DNA from: a virus
Taxonomy: Duplodnaviria; Caudoviricetes
Reading direction: 5' to 3' (one strand)
Length of the DNA: 43,276 nucleotides
IMG/VR virus record: IMGVR_UViG_3300008255_000206
Span: 1-43,276 of that record
Under the pieces are notes generated by a model. It did not search any database and was not told the DNA's origin. It saw only the letters and a program-made list of their open reading frames with translations. Shown one piece after another: positions 32,234 to 42,738 of this stretch. The position numbers were made by a program, and so were the translations under genes. Every line of letters starts with the position of its first letter. Position 1 is the stretch's first letter.

Positions 32234-33710
32234 AGAACTGCTCGAGGAACTCGGCAAAAAAGCCTATGATCCTCTCAGCTTTGTCTATTGGGCTTTTCCT
32301 TGGGGCGAGCCCGGCAGCGAACTTGCTGAGGAAAAAGGCCCGGATGAGTGGCAGATCTGGGTTTTGACTCAGCTCCGTGATGGCGTCATTGACGTAAACA
32401 CAGCAATCCTCATCGCAGTCACTTCGGGCCACGGTATCGGCAAGTCCACCCTCGTTGCTTGGATCGTCCTCTGGGCTTTCACGACTTTCCCCGGCACTCG
32501 AGGCGTTGTGACCGCCAACACCGAGAACCAGCTCAAAACCAAAACTTGGGTCGAGATTGCCAAGTGGCATCGGCTGTTTCTCGCCAAGCATCTGTTCAAA
32601 CTCACCGCCACCGCCCTGTTCTGCGTTGACGAAGAACTCGCCCGTGAGTGGCGGATCGACATTGTTCCTTGGTCCGAGCGTAATACGGAAGCCTTCGCGG
32701 GTCTGCACAACGCAGGCAAACGCATCTTGATCGTTTTTGATGAGGCTTCCGCAATCCCGGATATCATCTGGGAAACAACCGAGGGTGCCCTCACTGACAA
32801 AGACACCGAAATCATCTGGTGCTGCTTTGGAAACCCAACTCGAAACACAGGGCGCTTCAAGTCCTGCTTCCCCGGCGGCAAGTTCGCACACCGCTGGAAA
32901 TCCCGTGAAGTCGACAGCCGCACGGTTCGCCGCACGAACAAAGACCAGCTTAATAAATGGGTCGAGGACTATGGCGAGGACTCCGACTTTGTTCGCGTCC
33001 GTGTTCGAGGGATGTTCCCCCGAACTGACGCACTGTCTTTCATCCCATATGACTTGGCGGTGGAGGCTTCCGCTCGCCAAATACCTGAGCAGTTTGCCCC
33101 TTGGGTGCTCGGCGTTGACGTTGCTCGCTTTGGCGATGACCGGACGGTTATCTATCCAAGGCGAGGACGTGATGCTCGCTCCCTTCCCCCTCGCATCTAC
33201 CAGGGACTTGACACCATGCAGGTCGCCACTCGAGTGATGGAGATGCACTATGAACTCCAGTGCGCCGCAATCTTTGTCGATGGAACAGGCGTCGGAGCGG
33301 GCGTTGTGGATCGACTGGCCTCCCTTGGACTCCCCGTCATTGACGTTCAGTTTGCCGCAAAACCCGACGGTTCTAACGTGACCGATCCCGGTGTAGCCTA
33401 TGGCAACAAGCGAGCTGAAATCTATGGAGCCCTTCGCGAGTGGCTTCGCATCGGAGCAATCCCCGAGACCATAGCGCGGAGCGATATCAATCTCCCTCGC
33501 GAAATGGCGATCCCGACTTATTCCTTCAACGGGCAGAATAAAATCATGCTCGAGCCGAAGGACGCTATCAAAAAACGAGGCGAGGCCTCTCCTGACATTA
33601 CCGACGCCCTTGCTTGCACCTTCGCTTATCCGATCCCTGAAATCCGGGCAATGGCGCCGATGAAGGCCAAAAGCGAGTATGATCCCTACAAGGATTTCTA
33701 CAATGTTTAA
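32226..33710 (+). CDS. terL: Terminase large subunit
   Basis: SGHGIGKS, IVFDEA, GNPTR, GVDVARFGDD and SPDITDAL motifs. Confidence 0.95.
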   Translation: MDEELLEELGKKAYDPLSFVYWAFPWGEPGSELAEEKGPDEWQIWVLTQLRDGVIDVNTAILIAVTSGHGIGKSTLVAWIVLWAFTTFPGTRGVVTANTENQLKTKTWVEIAKWHRLFLAKHLFKLTATALFCVDEELAREWRIDIVPWSERNTEAFAGLHNAGKRILIVFDEASAIPDIIWETTEGALTDKDTEIIWCCFGNPTRNTGRFKSCFPGGKFAHRWKSREVDSRTVRRTNKDQLNKWVEDYGEDSDFVRVRVRGMFPRTDALSFIPYDLAVEASARQIPEQFAPWVLGVDVARFGDDRTVIYPRRGRDARSLPPRIYQGLDTMQVATRVMEMHYELQCAAIFVDGTGVGAGVVDRLASLGLPVIDVQFAAKPDGSNVTDPGVAYGNKRAEIYGALREWLRIGAIPETIARSDINLPREMAIPTYSFNGQNKIMLEPKDAIKKRGEASPDITDALACTFAYPIPEIRAMAPMKAKSEYDPYKDFYNV

Positions 33711-33867
33711 GAAACCAGCTGCTCCACCACCGCCGCCGACCCCTTCCACAACCGCTGATGCGTCACAGGGTCTGACTACCGGACCTCGGCGCCAGTTCAA
33801 GCTGCCGGGCGTTTACAGCGCGCAGCCCAATACCATTCAGCGGAGCAAGTCTGGAGGCACTTCGTGA
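33703..33867 (+). CDS. Small Pro-rich virion protein (T7 gp7.3-like position)
   Basis: MFKKPAAPPPPP...; lies between terL and portal and overlaps both. Confidence 0.55.
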   Translation: MFKKPAAPPPPPTPSTTADASQGLTTGPRRQFKLPGVYSAQPNTIQRSKSGGTS

Positions 33868-35552
33868 TCAGCCTTCAAAAACCGGCAATGGAAAAACTCG
33901 TCGCAACTCACCTTGCGATGGACCTGGAGTTTGCCAACTGGCGACCCCACCTTCAGGAGGTTGCTCAATATCTCCTGCCTCGCCGCTACGCTACCCTTGC
34001 CGAGAACTCTCCGCTTGCACCTACGCGAGGCAACGGTTCCAACCGTGCCGCTAAGTCGCGCAACAACAAAATCCTCGACAGCACCGGGACCAAAGCCCTT
34101 CGTGATCTTGCCGCAGGTATGCTCAATGGCATCACTTCGCCCGCACGGCCTTGGCTTCGCATTCGTGAGATGGGTTACGAGCACTATCGTTCGATCGAGC
34201 ACAAAGCTTGGTATGAAGAAGTCGCTCGGCGAATGCTTCTCGTTATGGCGGGCTCGAATTTCTACAATTCCCTCGCCATCGTCTATCTCGATCTCGCTGC
34301 CTTCGGCTCAGCCTGCTGTCTCATCTACGAAGACTTTGACGACATTATCCGCTGCTATAATTCTCCACTCGGTGAGTTTCGTTTCGGTGTTGATCATCGC
34401 GGAGTTGTGTGTCGATACAGCCGCACATTTGCCCTCACTGTCGAAGAGACTGTGAAAAAGTTCGGTATCGAAAACGTTTCGAAACGAGTGCAGGAAGCAC
34501 ACAAACGGGGCGGAGCTGACGCTCAAAATTACATCACCATCTGTCATCTCATCGAGCCCAACCTGGACGATGATCGTTCCATTCCCTCGCGGTTTGGTTA
34601 TCGTGAGTTTTATTGGGAAGCGGGAACCAATACCGGACAACTGCTACAGCGCAATGGCTATGGCGAAAAGCCAGGCCTGTTCACTCGTTGGGAAGTTACT
34701 GGCAACGATATTTACGGAACCAGCCCCGGCCAAGATGCGCTGCCTGACGTTATCCAGCTGCAACACGAAACCCTGCGCAAAGCTCAGGGGATGGACAAAA
34801 TCGTCAATCCGCCTATCGTGGTTGAGTCTGCCACGCCCTTCACTCAGGTTGACTTGCTTCCAGGCGGTATGACTCGAGTTGGGTCCGGTGCCTCATTCGG
34901 CGCCAAGGCGGTTTATCAAGCCCAACTGCCCCTCAACGAAATGACGGTTGATATCAACTTTCTTCGTATGAGGATACAAGAGACTTTCCACAACGATCTG
35001 TTCCGAATGATCTCGAGCCTCGAGACTGTTCGATCGGCGACTGAAATCGATGCAAGGCGGGAAGAAAAGCTTGTTTTGCTTGGTGCTGTGCTCGAGCGTT
35101 TCGAGAACGAAGCTCTTGACCCTGCCGTTAAGCGTATCTACAGCATCATGCTCCGCAAGGAACTGCTGCCCGAACCGCCGGAAGACCTCGATCCAACCGC
35201 CATCGACGTTCAGTATGTCTCGATCTTGTCCGACGCGCAGCGGGCTATCGGCACCGTCTCGATCGAGCGTTTCACGCAATTCTACGGCAACATGTTGTCT
35301 GTCGACCCTGAGTTGAAAATGACCGTCAATATGGACGAAATTCTCCGCGACTATGCCGATCGTCTGAACGTCACAGCCGCTGGTCTCTACAGCCGCGAAC
35401 AAGCTGCGGAAGCCCGTCAACAGGCGAACGAACTTAACCAAACTCGCGAAGCGGCGCTGGTGGGCAAAGATTTGACTGATGCCGCATCCAACCTGTCCCA
35501 AACCGAAGTCGGGGGAGGCCGTAAGGCTCTCGACATTCTTCTCGGCGGATAA
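33864..35552 (+). CDS. Portal (head-tail connector) protein, podovirus type
   Basis: DSTG...LAAGM...TSPARPW, RW...YG.SP and SATEI..R.EEK...LG.V.ER motifs. Confidence 0.93.
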   Translation: MISLQKPAMEKLVATHLAMDLEFANWRPHLQEVAQYLLPRRYATLAENSPLAPTRGNGSNRAAKSRNNKILDSTGTKALRDLAAGMLNGITSPARPWLRIREMGYEHYRSIEHKAWYEEVARRMLLVMAGSNFYNSLAIVYLDLAAFGSACCLIYEDFDDIIRCYNSPLGEFRFGVDHRGVVCRYSRTFALTVEETVKKFGIENVSKRVQEAHKRGGADAQNYITICHLIEPNLDDDRSIPSRFGYREFYWEAGTNTGQLLQRNGYGEKPGLFTRWEVTGNDIYGTSPGQDALPDVIQLQHETLRKAQGMDKIVNPPIVVESATPFTQVDLLPGGMTRVGSGASFGAKAVYQAQLPLNEMTVDINFLRMRIQETFHNDLFRMISSLETVRSATEIDARREEKLVLLGAVLERFENEALDPAVKRIYSIMLRKELLPEPPEDLDPTAIDVQYVSILSDAQRAIGTVSIERFTQFYGNMLSVDPELKMTVNMDEILRDYADRLNVTAAGLYSREQAAEARQQANELNQTREAALVGKDLTDAASNLSQTEVGGGRKALDILLGG

Positions 35553-35582
35553 TGGTTGCGATAATGGAAAGAGCGTGATAAG

Positions 35583-35924
35583 ATGGCGGACAGGACAAAG
35601 CGACTTCAAAAGAGCTACGCAAAGCAGGATGAGTTCTTCATAAACGACGGACTGAGGGCCCTCACCAAATCTTACAACGGCCGCAGGTTTATTTGGTGGC
35701 TGTTCAGCGAAGCGGGGCTCTTTAACAATCCGTTCAACACGAACGCACTCAGCACCGCTTTTGCGGCAGGAAAGATGGACATAGGCCAGGCCGTTCTCGC
35801 TAGACTTCTGGAAGTTGATGATGAGGCCTATATCAACATGCAACGTGAAAATGCGTTGCTGCAGAAGCAACGGCGAGAGGAGTTAAAACAAGGAGAAGAA
35901 GATGAAGACGAACTGGATGATTAA
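35583..35924 (+). CDS. Bbp19-like hypothetical protein
   Basis: GRRFIWWL...TAFAAGKMDIG pattern; lies between portal and scaffold. Confidence 0.7.
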   Translation: MADRTKRLQKSYAKQDEFFINDGLRALTKSYNGRRFIWWLFSEAGLFNNPFNTNALSTAFAAGKMDIGQAVLARLLEVDDEAYINMQRENALLQKQRREELKQGEEDEDELDD

Positions 35925-36615
35925 CTTGCCGCGCATCTATTGGGAAGGCGCGACTGAGGGCACGCCGACACCGGCCCCCGCTCCGACTCCGGCTCCTGCT
36001 CCGGCAGCTACGCCGCAGTCTCTCATTCAAGGGGATCAAACCCCCGCAAACCCTACGGCGCCGTCGGAACCCGCTGCCTCGCTCATCTCGCCCGACGCGA
36101 AGCCCGCATTCGTGAGCGAACCAGTTTCTTTCAAAGACGAGACGTTCGCCGAAGATATCAAGCCCCTGATCCCTGAGAACTTCGAGGTTGATCCCGAGGG
36201 CATGAAAGAATTTTTGACTGGTATCAACAACGCAGCTTCGCGTGCTGATATCGTCAAACACGTCCTGCAGACCTATGCCGATGTGCAGAAGGCGCAGCAA
36301 GAGTCCGCCGCCGGAGAGTTCAAGGCGCGGATAACTGACTGGCAGAAGCAGACTCGAGAGCACCCGGAATACGGAGGAGCGAAACTCGATCAGTCTTTGG
36401 CCAACGCTAAGCTGGTGGCGCAAACCTATGGGGGGAAAGAGTTTTTCGATTTCCTCGAGGTTACCGGCGCAGGATCGCATCCTGAGATGCTTGCGTTCCT
36501 CAACAAGGTGCACAAGGAGATGACCAAAGAAGGAACCCCCCTCATTGCACCTTCTGTTTCCACTGAGCGGAAGTCTTTGGCTGACCGCATTTTCACATCC
36601 TCGGAGAAAAACTAA
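35902..36615 (+). CDS. Capsid scaffolding protein
   Basis: Pro/Ala-rich N-terminus and TGAGSHPEML motif; immediately upstream of the capsid gene. Confidence 0.75.
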   Translation: MKTNWMINLPRIYWEGATEGTPTPAPAPTPAPAPAATPQSLIQGDQTPANPTAPSEPAASLISPDAKPAFVSEPVSFKDETFAEDIKPLIPENFEVDPEGMKEFLTGINNAASRADIVKHVLQTYADVQKAQQESAAGEFKARITDWQKQTREHPEYGGAKLDQSLANAKLVAQTYGGKEFFDFLEVTGAGSHPEMLAFLNKVHKEMTKEGTPLIAPSVSTERKSLADRIFTSSEKN

Positions 36616-37614
36616 ATGGCAACCCTTGCCTCCAATAACCCGACCCTGCTCGATTGGCAGAAGTCGATGGACCCTGACGGGTCGGTCGCTGCTGTCATCG
36701 AAATTCTCAACGAAACCAACGAGATGCTTGCCGACATGACCTGGATCGAGGGCAACCTCCCCACCGGCACCATCACGACCATTCGGACCGGCTTGCCCGA
36801 ACCGACCTGGCGCAAACTCTACGGCGGTGTCCAGCCGACCAAATCGACTCGGGAACAAGTCACCGAGTCCTGTGGTATGCTGGAAGACTACGCCGAAGTC
36901 GATAAGGCGCTGGCGGACCTCAACGGCAACATCAACGCTTTCCGCCTGTCGGAAGCGCGGCCGCATATCGAGGGCTTCAACCAGTCGATGCAGCAAACGC
37001 TGTTCTACGGCGACACTGAAGTCAACCCGGAACGGTTCACCGGGCTGGCTCCGCGTTACAGCAGCCTGTCCGCTGACAATGCCGACAACATCATCGACGC
37101 TGGCGGCACCGGCACTGACAACCGCTCCATGTGGCTGATCTGCTGGAGCGAAGAAACCTGCCACGGTCTGATCCCGAAAGGCTCTCAGGCCGGCCTGCAG
37201 ATCAATGACAAAGGCCAGGTGACCATCGAGAACGCCGATGGAAGCAATGGCCGGATGGAAGCCTATCGCACCCACTTCCGGTGGGACGCTGGCCTCTGCG
37301 TCAAAGACTGGCGCTATATTGTTCGCATCTGCAATATCGACTACAGTCTTCTGTCGGCCGATGCCTCGACCGGCGCCAACCTGCCCGAGCTGATGTTCGA
37401 TGCAGAAATGCGTCTGCCCTCCATGTCGATGGGCCGCTCCACCTGGTATGCCTCGCGGGATATCATCACTAAATTTGGTCAGCAGTTGACCAACGGGGTG
37501 AAGAATTCCACCCTGACGATGGAAAATGTGGGGGGCGTGAAATCCGTCACTCACAACGGCATTCCGATCCGGCGTGTGGACAAGCTCGCCGTTGACGAAG
37601 CCCGTGTGGTCTGA
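36616..37614 (+). CDS. Major capsid protein (BPP-1 Bbp17-like)
   Basis: IEILNETNEML, RTGLP..TWR, FYGD...PERFTGL and DWRY.VRI.NID motifs. Confidence 0.93.
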   Translation: MATLASNNPTLLDWQKSMDPDGSVAAVIEILNETNEMLADMTWIEGNLPTGTITTIRTGLPEPTWRKLYGGVQPTKSTREQVTESCGMLEDYAEVDKALADLNGNINAFRLSEARPHIEGFNQSMQQTLFYGDTEVNPERFTGLAPRYSSLSADNADNIIDAGGTGTDNRSMWLICWSEETCHGLIPKGSQAGLQINDKGQVTIENADGSNGRMEAYRTHFRWDAGLCVKDWRYIVRICNIDYSLLSADASTGANLPELMFDAEMRLPSMSMGRSTWYASRDIITKFGQQLTNGVKNSTLTMENVGGVKSVTHNGIPIRRVDKLAVDEARVV

Positions 37615-37626
37615 GGAGATCTTCAA

Positions 37627-38085
37627 ATGATTATGGACGAACGCAGCGAGTTCTGCGACAAACTCTCGGTTGCAGCCGCAGCCGGCACCGCCCTGGTTGG
37701 CGATGTAATGGACCTCGGAGCCAATGTCAAAAACATTGGTCGAGGGACTCAGCTTTATCTCGTGGTGACGGTGACTACCACCTTCACCTCGGGCGGCGCC
37801 GCCACGGTCAACATTCAGCTCTGCTCGGACTCGACGGCGGACCTGAACACTTCACCGACTGTGCATTGGGAAACTGGCGCAGTCGGTTTCGCTACCCTGA
37901 CGGCACGGACTGTCTCGGCCCACGCCAAGCGGTTCATCGTCGCACTTCCGCAGGGTCTGCCTTACGAGCGCTACCTTGGGATCAAGGTCGTGACAGCGGC
38001 AGCTATCACTACCGCCGGCTCCATCAGCGCGTTCCTGACGCCGCATCCTGACAATTGGGATGTTTATCCGGAGGGCAATAACTGA
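37627..38085 (+). CDS. Capsid cement/decoration protein (Bbp16-like)
   Basis: MIMD...F start, D-L-G...IG.G, ERYL and G.ISAFL; follows the capsid gene. Confidence 0.75.
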   Translation: MIMDERSEFCDKLSVAAAAGTALVGDVMDLGANVKNIGRGTQLYLVVTVTTTFTSGGAATVNIQLCSDSTADLNTSPTVHWETGAVGFATLTARTVSAHAKRFIVALPQGLPYERYLGIKVVTAAAITTAGSISAFLTPHPDNWDVYPEGNN

Positions 38086-38414
38086 TGCGTGTTGTCCTCA
38101 AACGTCCCGCCTACGATGGATTGCGTTATTTCAATGCCGGCCTGGCCGAAAATTGGGATGACGAAACTCCGCTTCCGAAGGATGCTCGTGAAGCCCTGCC
38201 GGGCGAAACTGCCGACACGGCCCTGAAAAAGCCGAAAAAGCAGCAGCCCAAGGCGCTTTCCCAGATCGCGCAGAAGTCGCGTGAAGAACTGGAAAAGGAA
38301 ATCAGCGCCAAGTTCGAAGCTGAGGCCAAAAAGCAGGCGGATGAAATCGCTGAGCTGAAAGCCAAACTTGCCGAGATCGAGCCGGCAAAAGACGAGAAGA
38401 AGGCCAAAATCTGA
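38085..38414 (+). CDS. Hypothetical charged protein
   Basis: TGATG coupling on both sides. Confidence 0.7.
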   Translation: MRVVLKRPAYDGLRYFNAGLAENWDDETPLPKDAREALPGETADTALKKPKKQQPKALSQIAQKSREELEKEISAKFEAEAKKQADEIAELKAKLAEIEPAKDEKKAKI

Positions 38415-39100
38415 TGGTGAGCACGGTCCTTGACATTTACAACGCTGCCTTGTCGGCCTGTCATGCTAAGGGCCGTGTTTCTTCTTTGACAGAAAACTCT
38501 CGAGAACGGGAAGAATGTGATATCTGGTATGATCTCGTTCTCGAAACAGTTCAAGAAGCCGCGTGGTGGCCGTCGAGTAAAGCCACCGAGCGACTTGCTT
38601 TGCTGACAACACGAGACACAAACGCAGCCTGGGTCGCAACCGATCCGCTGCCGCAGTATAACTACAAATACTCCTTGCCGACTGGTTATCTTCGAGCTTG
38701 GCATCTGACGGATTTCACTCAGTTTGAACTCGGTTACGATGCCACTCGAGAAAAAACAGTCCTGCACAGCAACACTCCGAACGCAAGCCTCACTTATGCG
38801 CGCAAGCAAGAGCTTGTCGGCACCTGGACGCCGGGGCAGCGGAATGCGACTATATATGGACTCGCCGGGCACATTGCGGGCGCGTTGACAGGCCGAGGCG
38901 AAATCGTCCAAAAGAATTTCAACCTCGCCAATCAGTTGCTTGCCGATGCCCAAGCTGCTTCAATGCCGGTCGGACAGCAACAGTTGCAGTTCATCCCCTC
39001 CGTTCTACAAGGCCGAGGCTATAGCGATTTCTCTCACACTGAGGTTCGTTATTACTATCCGATGGGCGGACTGTTTTCTGCGGGAGCTACCCCAGCATGA
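38414..39100 (+). CDS. Tail adaptor (tubular protein A-like)
   Basis: DIYNAAL and Y.YSLP.GYLR motifs, plus gene position. Confidence 0.8.
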   Translation: MVSTVLDIYNAALSACHAKGRVSSLTENSREREECDIWYDLVLETVQEAAWWPSSKATERLALLTTRDTNAAWVATDPLPQYNYKYSLPTGYLRAWHLTDFTQFELGYDATREKTVLHSNTPNASLTYARKQELVGTWTPGQRNATIYGLAGHIAGALTGRGEIVQKNFNLANQLLADAQAASMPVGQQQLQFIPSVLQGRGYSDFSHTEVRYYYPMGGLFSAGATPA

Positions 39101-41865
39101 CTGAACCGTTTGTTAAAGCAGCCTTTACTGGCGGTGTTCTTGCGCCGGCTTTCTATGGTCGCTCTGACATGGAGAAGTTTGACCTTGGTATCCGGCAAGG
39201 TTACAATTGGTGGGTGGATTATCGAGGCGGGATCAGTGTTCGACCGCCCCTTGAGTTTTGTGATTACATCAAAGAGGATGACAAGCGCGTTCGGCTCATG
39301 TCCTTCTCTTTCAACAATGACAGTGCAAACAATTATATTCTCATCTTTGGCGACCGTTACGTTGCCTTTGCTCGTGACGGAGCCTATATCACCGAAACCG
39401 CAAAAACAGCTACGATCGCGGCAGGTGTCAACACAACAGTTACTTCAGCTGCTCACGGTTTCTCAAACGGCGACTGGATTAAGCTCTACGGCACGGGATT
39501 GCCTTACGAAACGTTTGAGGTGAAATCCGTCACCGCCAATACTTTTCAGCTTACTACGCCGTTTGGCGTTCCGATGAACTCGGTAGGCTATTCGTTTTCT
39601 GGCACTTATTCTTTGGCTCGAATTTATATGCTGCCTAGCCCTTATTCGGCGGGCAGTCTTCTTCGCCTTACTACATCGCAATACCGTGATGTGCTCTATA
39701 TTACATCCAACTCTTATCCGCGAAAGAAACTCATTCGCACCTCAGACGCTTCTTGGGCCTTCGAGGACGTAGAGAACGTCCCCAGCATACCTGCGCCGGT
39801 TGCGACTGCCATTACCTCTTCTGTTGCAGGAACCGCTGGAGTTTGCTATGCAGTTACTGCCGTGGACTCAAACGGCGAAGAAAGCCTGTTGTCCAACATC
39901 ATGCTCAGCGAGACCGTTGTTTTCATGCCGACAACGGCAGGGGAAATAACCTTCACCTGGAACGCAGTTGCTGGTGCAATCAAATACCGAGTCTATCGCT
40001 CCCTCTTGACCATCGTGGGCGCCTCCATTACCAAAGGCGAAACCCTTGGTTATCTCGGAGAAACCTTGTCCACTTCATTTGTGGACACAAACATCATTCC
40101 TGATTTCACCAAAACTCCACCAACCTATGATGATCCGTTTGCCGACGGCGCTGTTCTTTATATCGACATTACAGCCGGAGGTTCTGGTTACGCGAAAACC
40201 GGAACAACTGTCAACCTTAGCGGCGGAACAGGGTTCTCTGGTGAAGTAATTGTAGATGGAGGCGAAATCGTTGGCGTCAGAATTATCAATCCCGGAACTG
40301 GATACACCGGAGGTGCCGTTACTTTTTCTGGTGCCGGAACAGGAGCAACCGCCACTCTGTCCGCTTCGCCTGCATCGGGAAACAACCCAGCGGCCTCACT
40401 CCTCACGCAGCAGCGTCGTGTCTATGCTGGCACGTCAAACCTTCCCATGTCAATTTACGGTTCTCGTCCGCGCTTCCAGGACAATTTCAACTACGATTAT
40501 CTCGCAGTAGCAACTGATCCGTTTGATCTGTCGATTGACTCAGAAGAGCTGACGCCGATCAAGCACCTTATGCCGGTTGATCTGGGCTTCATGGTGTTTA
40601 CTGGCGGCGCAGTCCACCAAGTGCTGGGCGCAAACGATCAATCTATAAACGCAGACAACGCGACGCAGCGGCCTATCACAGATGATGGATGTGCAAACGT
40701 CGCTCCGCTTCGAGTTGGCGATCATATCATCTATGTCATTCGCGGATCAGCTGGGGTCAACAGTATTCAGCCAAGCAATCTTCGAAACTACTATGAACTC
40801 GCCGACCGCAGTTTGTTTTCCAACCATTACTTCACCGGGGAAAACCGCGTCATTGCCTGGGCTTTTGCAAAGGTGCCTTTCAGGCAGGCTTGGGTGGTTC
40901 GCCAGGACGGCACGATGCTGTCTTGCACCTACGTCCCCGATCAAAACGTCTATGCCTGGACTGATCATGGCACCTTGGGGTTTGCTCACTCTGTGGCAAC
41001 CGCAATCGAAGCCAATGTAAACACTGTCTACTTTGTTGTCGAGCGAACTGTTAACGGCGTGGTGAAAAAGTTCTTCGAGCGGATGGACAGCTACATCATC
41101 AACTCAGAAGAAGACATGGCTGCAGTTGATGCTTATACAGAAACGTCGTTGACTCCTGGCGCCGGAACGATTTCGGTCAGCGCCTCTACCGGAACAGGCG
41201 TGACTATCACTTCAGCTGATGCGCCGTTTACCGCTGATATGGTGGACAAGCATCTTCGAGTCAATCACGGGCGGATCAAGATAACAGCTTATGTTGATGC
41301 CAACAATCTCGTTGGAGATGTTGAGTTGCCCTTGACTCAGCTTTATCCCGAGACTCAATTGCCAATTGCTTCTTCTCAATGGACAATTGATCCCCTTGTT
41401 GAAGAGGTTACGGGCCTGGGGCACCTTGAGGGCCTGACTGTAAGTTTGGTCGCCGACGGCGCACAACAGCCTGATGTGGTTGTGACTGACGGAGTGGCTG
41501 CACTCACACAACCCGCATCGCATGTTGTTGTCGGGCTCAACTACACCGCGCTGTTTGAAACCCTGCCGCTTTACAGCACCTCGCAAGTAATTATCGACAA
41601 GAAAAAGCGAGTTGTTTCTGCCAGTGCTCGGTTGCTCAATGCGCGCGGATTGCAAGCAGCTAGCGGCGGCAGCGACCGGTTTTATGATATAAAAATCAGA
41701 ACCTTCGAGCCTTTTAATGCTCCGCCAATGAGGGCCAACGGGATTTATGAGTTCCACGTAACTGGCAACTTCATGGAAGATGCTACCTTTATGCTTCGCA
41801 AAAACGGCCCTTTTAAAGCGACTGTCTCTGGCTTTGTCCTTGATGTGGAGCCCGGCCTTGATTAG
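39097..41865 (+). CDS. Tail nozzle (tubular protein B-like)
   Basis: FTGGVLAP..YGRSD start, beta-propeller-like body, AWTDH and HLEG.TV..VADG motifs. Confidence 0.85.
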   Translation: MTEPFVKAAFTGGVLAPAFYGRSDMEKFDLGIRQGYNWWVDYRGGISVRPPLEFCDYIKEDDKRVRLMSFSFNNDSANNYILIFGDRYVAFARDGAYITETAKTATIAAGVNTTVTSAAHGFSNGDWIKLYGTGLPYETFEVKSVTANTFQLTTPFGVPMNSVGYSFSGTYSLARIYMLPSPYSAGSLLRLTTSQYRDVLYITSNSYPRKKLIRTSDASWAFEDVENVPSIPAPVATAITSSVAGTAGVCYAVTAVDSNGEESLLSNIMLSETVVFMPTTAGEITFTWNAVAGAIKYRVYRSLLTIVGASITKGETLGYLGETLSTSFVDTNIIPDFTKTPPTYDDPFADGAVLYIDITAGGSGYAKTGTTVNLSGGTGFSGEVIVDGGEIVGVRIINPGTGYTGGAVTFSGAGTGATATLSASPASGNNPAASLLTQQRRVYAGTSNLPMSIYGSRPRFQDNFNYDYLAVATDPFDLSIDSEELTPIKHLMPVDLGFMVFTGGAVHQVLGANDQSINADNATQRPITDDGCANVAPLRVGDHIIYVIRGSAGVNSIQPSNLRNYYELADRSLFSNHYFTGENRVIAWAFAKVPFRQAWVVRQDGTMLSCTYVPDQNVYAWTDHGTLGFAHSVATAIEANVNTVYFVVERTVNGVVKKFFERMDSYIINSEEDMAAVDAYTETSLTPGAGTISVSASTGTGVTITSADAPFTADMVDKHLRVNHGRIKITAYVDANNLVGDVELPLTQLYPETQLPIASSQWTIDPLVEEVTGLGHLEGLTVSLVADGAQQPDVVVTDGVAALTQPASHVVVGLNYTALFETLPLYSTSQVIIDKKKRVVSASARLLNARGLQAASGGSDRFYDIKIRTFEPFNAPPMRANGIYEFHVTGNFMEDATFMLRKNGPFKATVSGFVLDVEPGLD

Positions 41866-42184
41866 GTATAATGAAACGCAAGGACCAAACTGGTCCGATC
41901 GGACTTTCGAGGTCTTTGACAATCAAGCTCGTCTTTTCGTAATCGGCTGCAAGGTGCAGAGCTTGATCGAAAAGAAACTCTATATCGGAATTGATGAGGT
42001 AATCCCTCTGTCTTTTTCTCAGCTTCGTAAACTGCGAGGCTTATTCGCCCATGCTTTTGCTGGTTGGAAAGTAACAGCTTTGGTCGAAGAACAAAACACT
42101 ACAGGACTAGCGTTTGCGCGGTTCTTCAAACTCACACAAACCGGACGGGTTGCCGGAGTCATAACTTTTGAGAGGGATTGCTAA
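41858..42184 (+). CDS. GNAT-like virion-associated protein (T7 gp13-like position)
   Basis: TTG start with GGAG RBS; V...N...LAFARFF pattern. Confidence 0.55.
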   Translation: MIRYNETQGPNWSDRTFEVFDNQARLFVIGCKVQSLIEKKLYIGIDEVIPLSFSQLRKLRGLFAHAFAGWKVTALVEEQNTTGLAFARFFKLTQTGRVAGVITFERDC

Positions 42185-42738
42185 TGGCTTTTCTCGCACC
42201 TCTTGCCGGAACACTTGCGGGCGCAGCTGCTAATGTTGCTCCTCTGCTTTCTGCCGGAGGCTCGATCCTCGGCACCGTAAGCACGATCAGCGGCTTGAAT
42301 TACCAAGCAGCCATTTCAGAACGCGAAGCAGCCTTTGCCGAGCGTGAGCGGCTGTATGCACAAGAAAAAGGCCAGATCAACCAACAAGAAGCTGACCTCG
42401 CCGCAAAAGCTGAAATCGCGGCTATGGAAAACAAACAAGCCGCGTCGGGCTTTGAGGTTGGTTCAGGCTCGTTTGAACAACGTCGTCGAGTGGCTAGTAT
42501 TCTTGCCAAACGTGATGCCCTTCGCATTCGCCAAGACGCCGATCGAGAAGCAGAACAGTTGGCTGAAGTTGCTCAAGCAAAACGATCCGAGGCAAGCATG
42601 GCAAGGCGCAGCCGCCTGTTCGCTGGCGTCGGCGGTGTTTTCGATTTTGGCACTTCGCTTATCAACGGCGCAGAATTGGCAAACAAACTCAAGGCGTCCG
42701 CCATTCGGCGTGATGCAGCAATGGCGAGGTATTCTTGA
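42184..42738 (+). CDS. Internal virion protein (T7 gp14-like position)
   Basis: Ala/Gly hydrophobic N-terminus and AASGFEVGSGS motif. Confidence 0.7.
   Translation: MAFLAPLAGTLAGAAANVAPLLSAGGSILGTVSTISGLNYQAAISEREAAFAERERLYAQEKGQINQQEADLAAKAEIAAMENKQAASGFEVGSGSFEQRRRVASILAKRDALRIRQDADREAEQLAEVAQAKRSEASMARRSRLFAGVGGVFDFGTSLINGAELANKLKASAIRRDAAMARYS

Noticed and set aside
32223-33800. 525-aa minus-strand ORF
   Set aside because: Antisense shadow of terL.
35556-35584. Internal promoter TTGCGA-17 bp-TAAGAT
   Set aside because: The -10 overlaps the predicted ATG of the next gene; plausible but unsupported.
35833-37626. 597-aa minus-strand ORF
   Set aside because: Antisense shadow of the scaffold and capsid genes.
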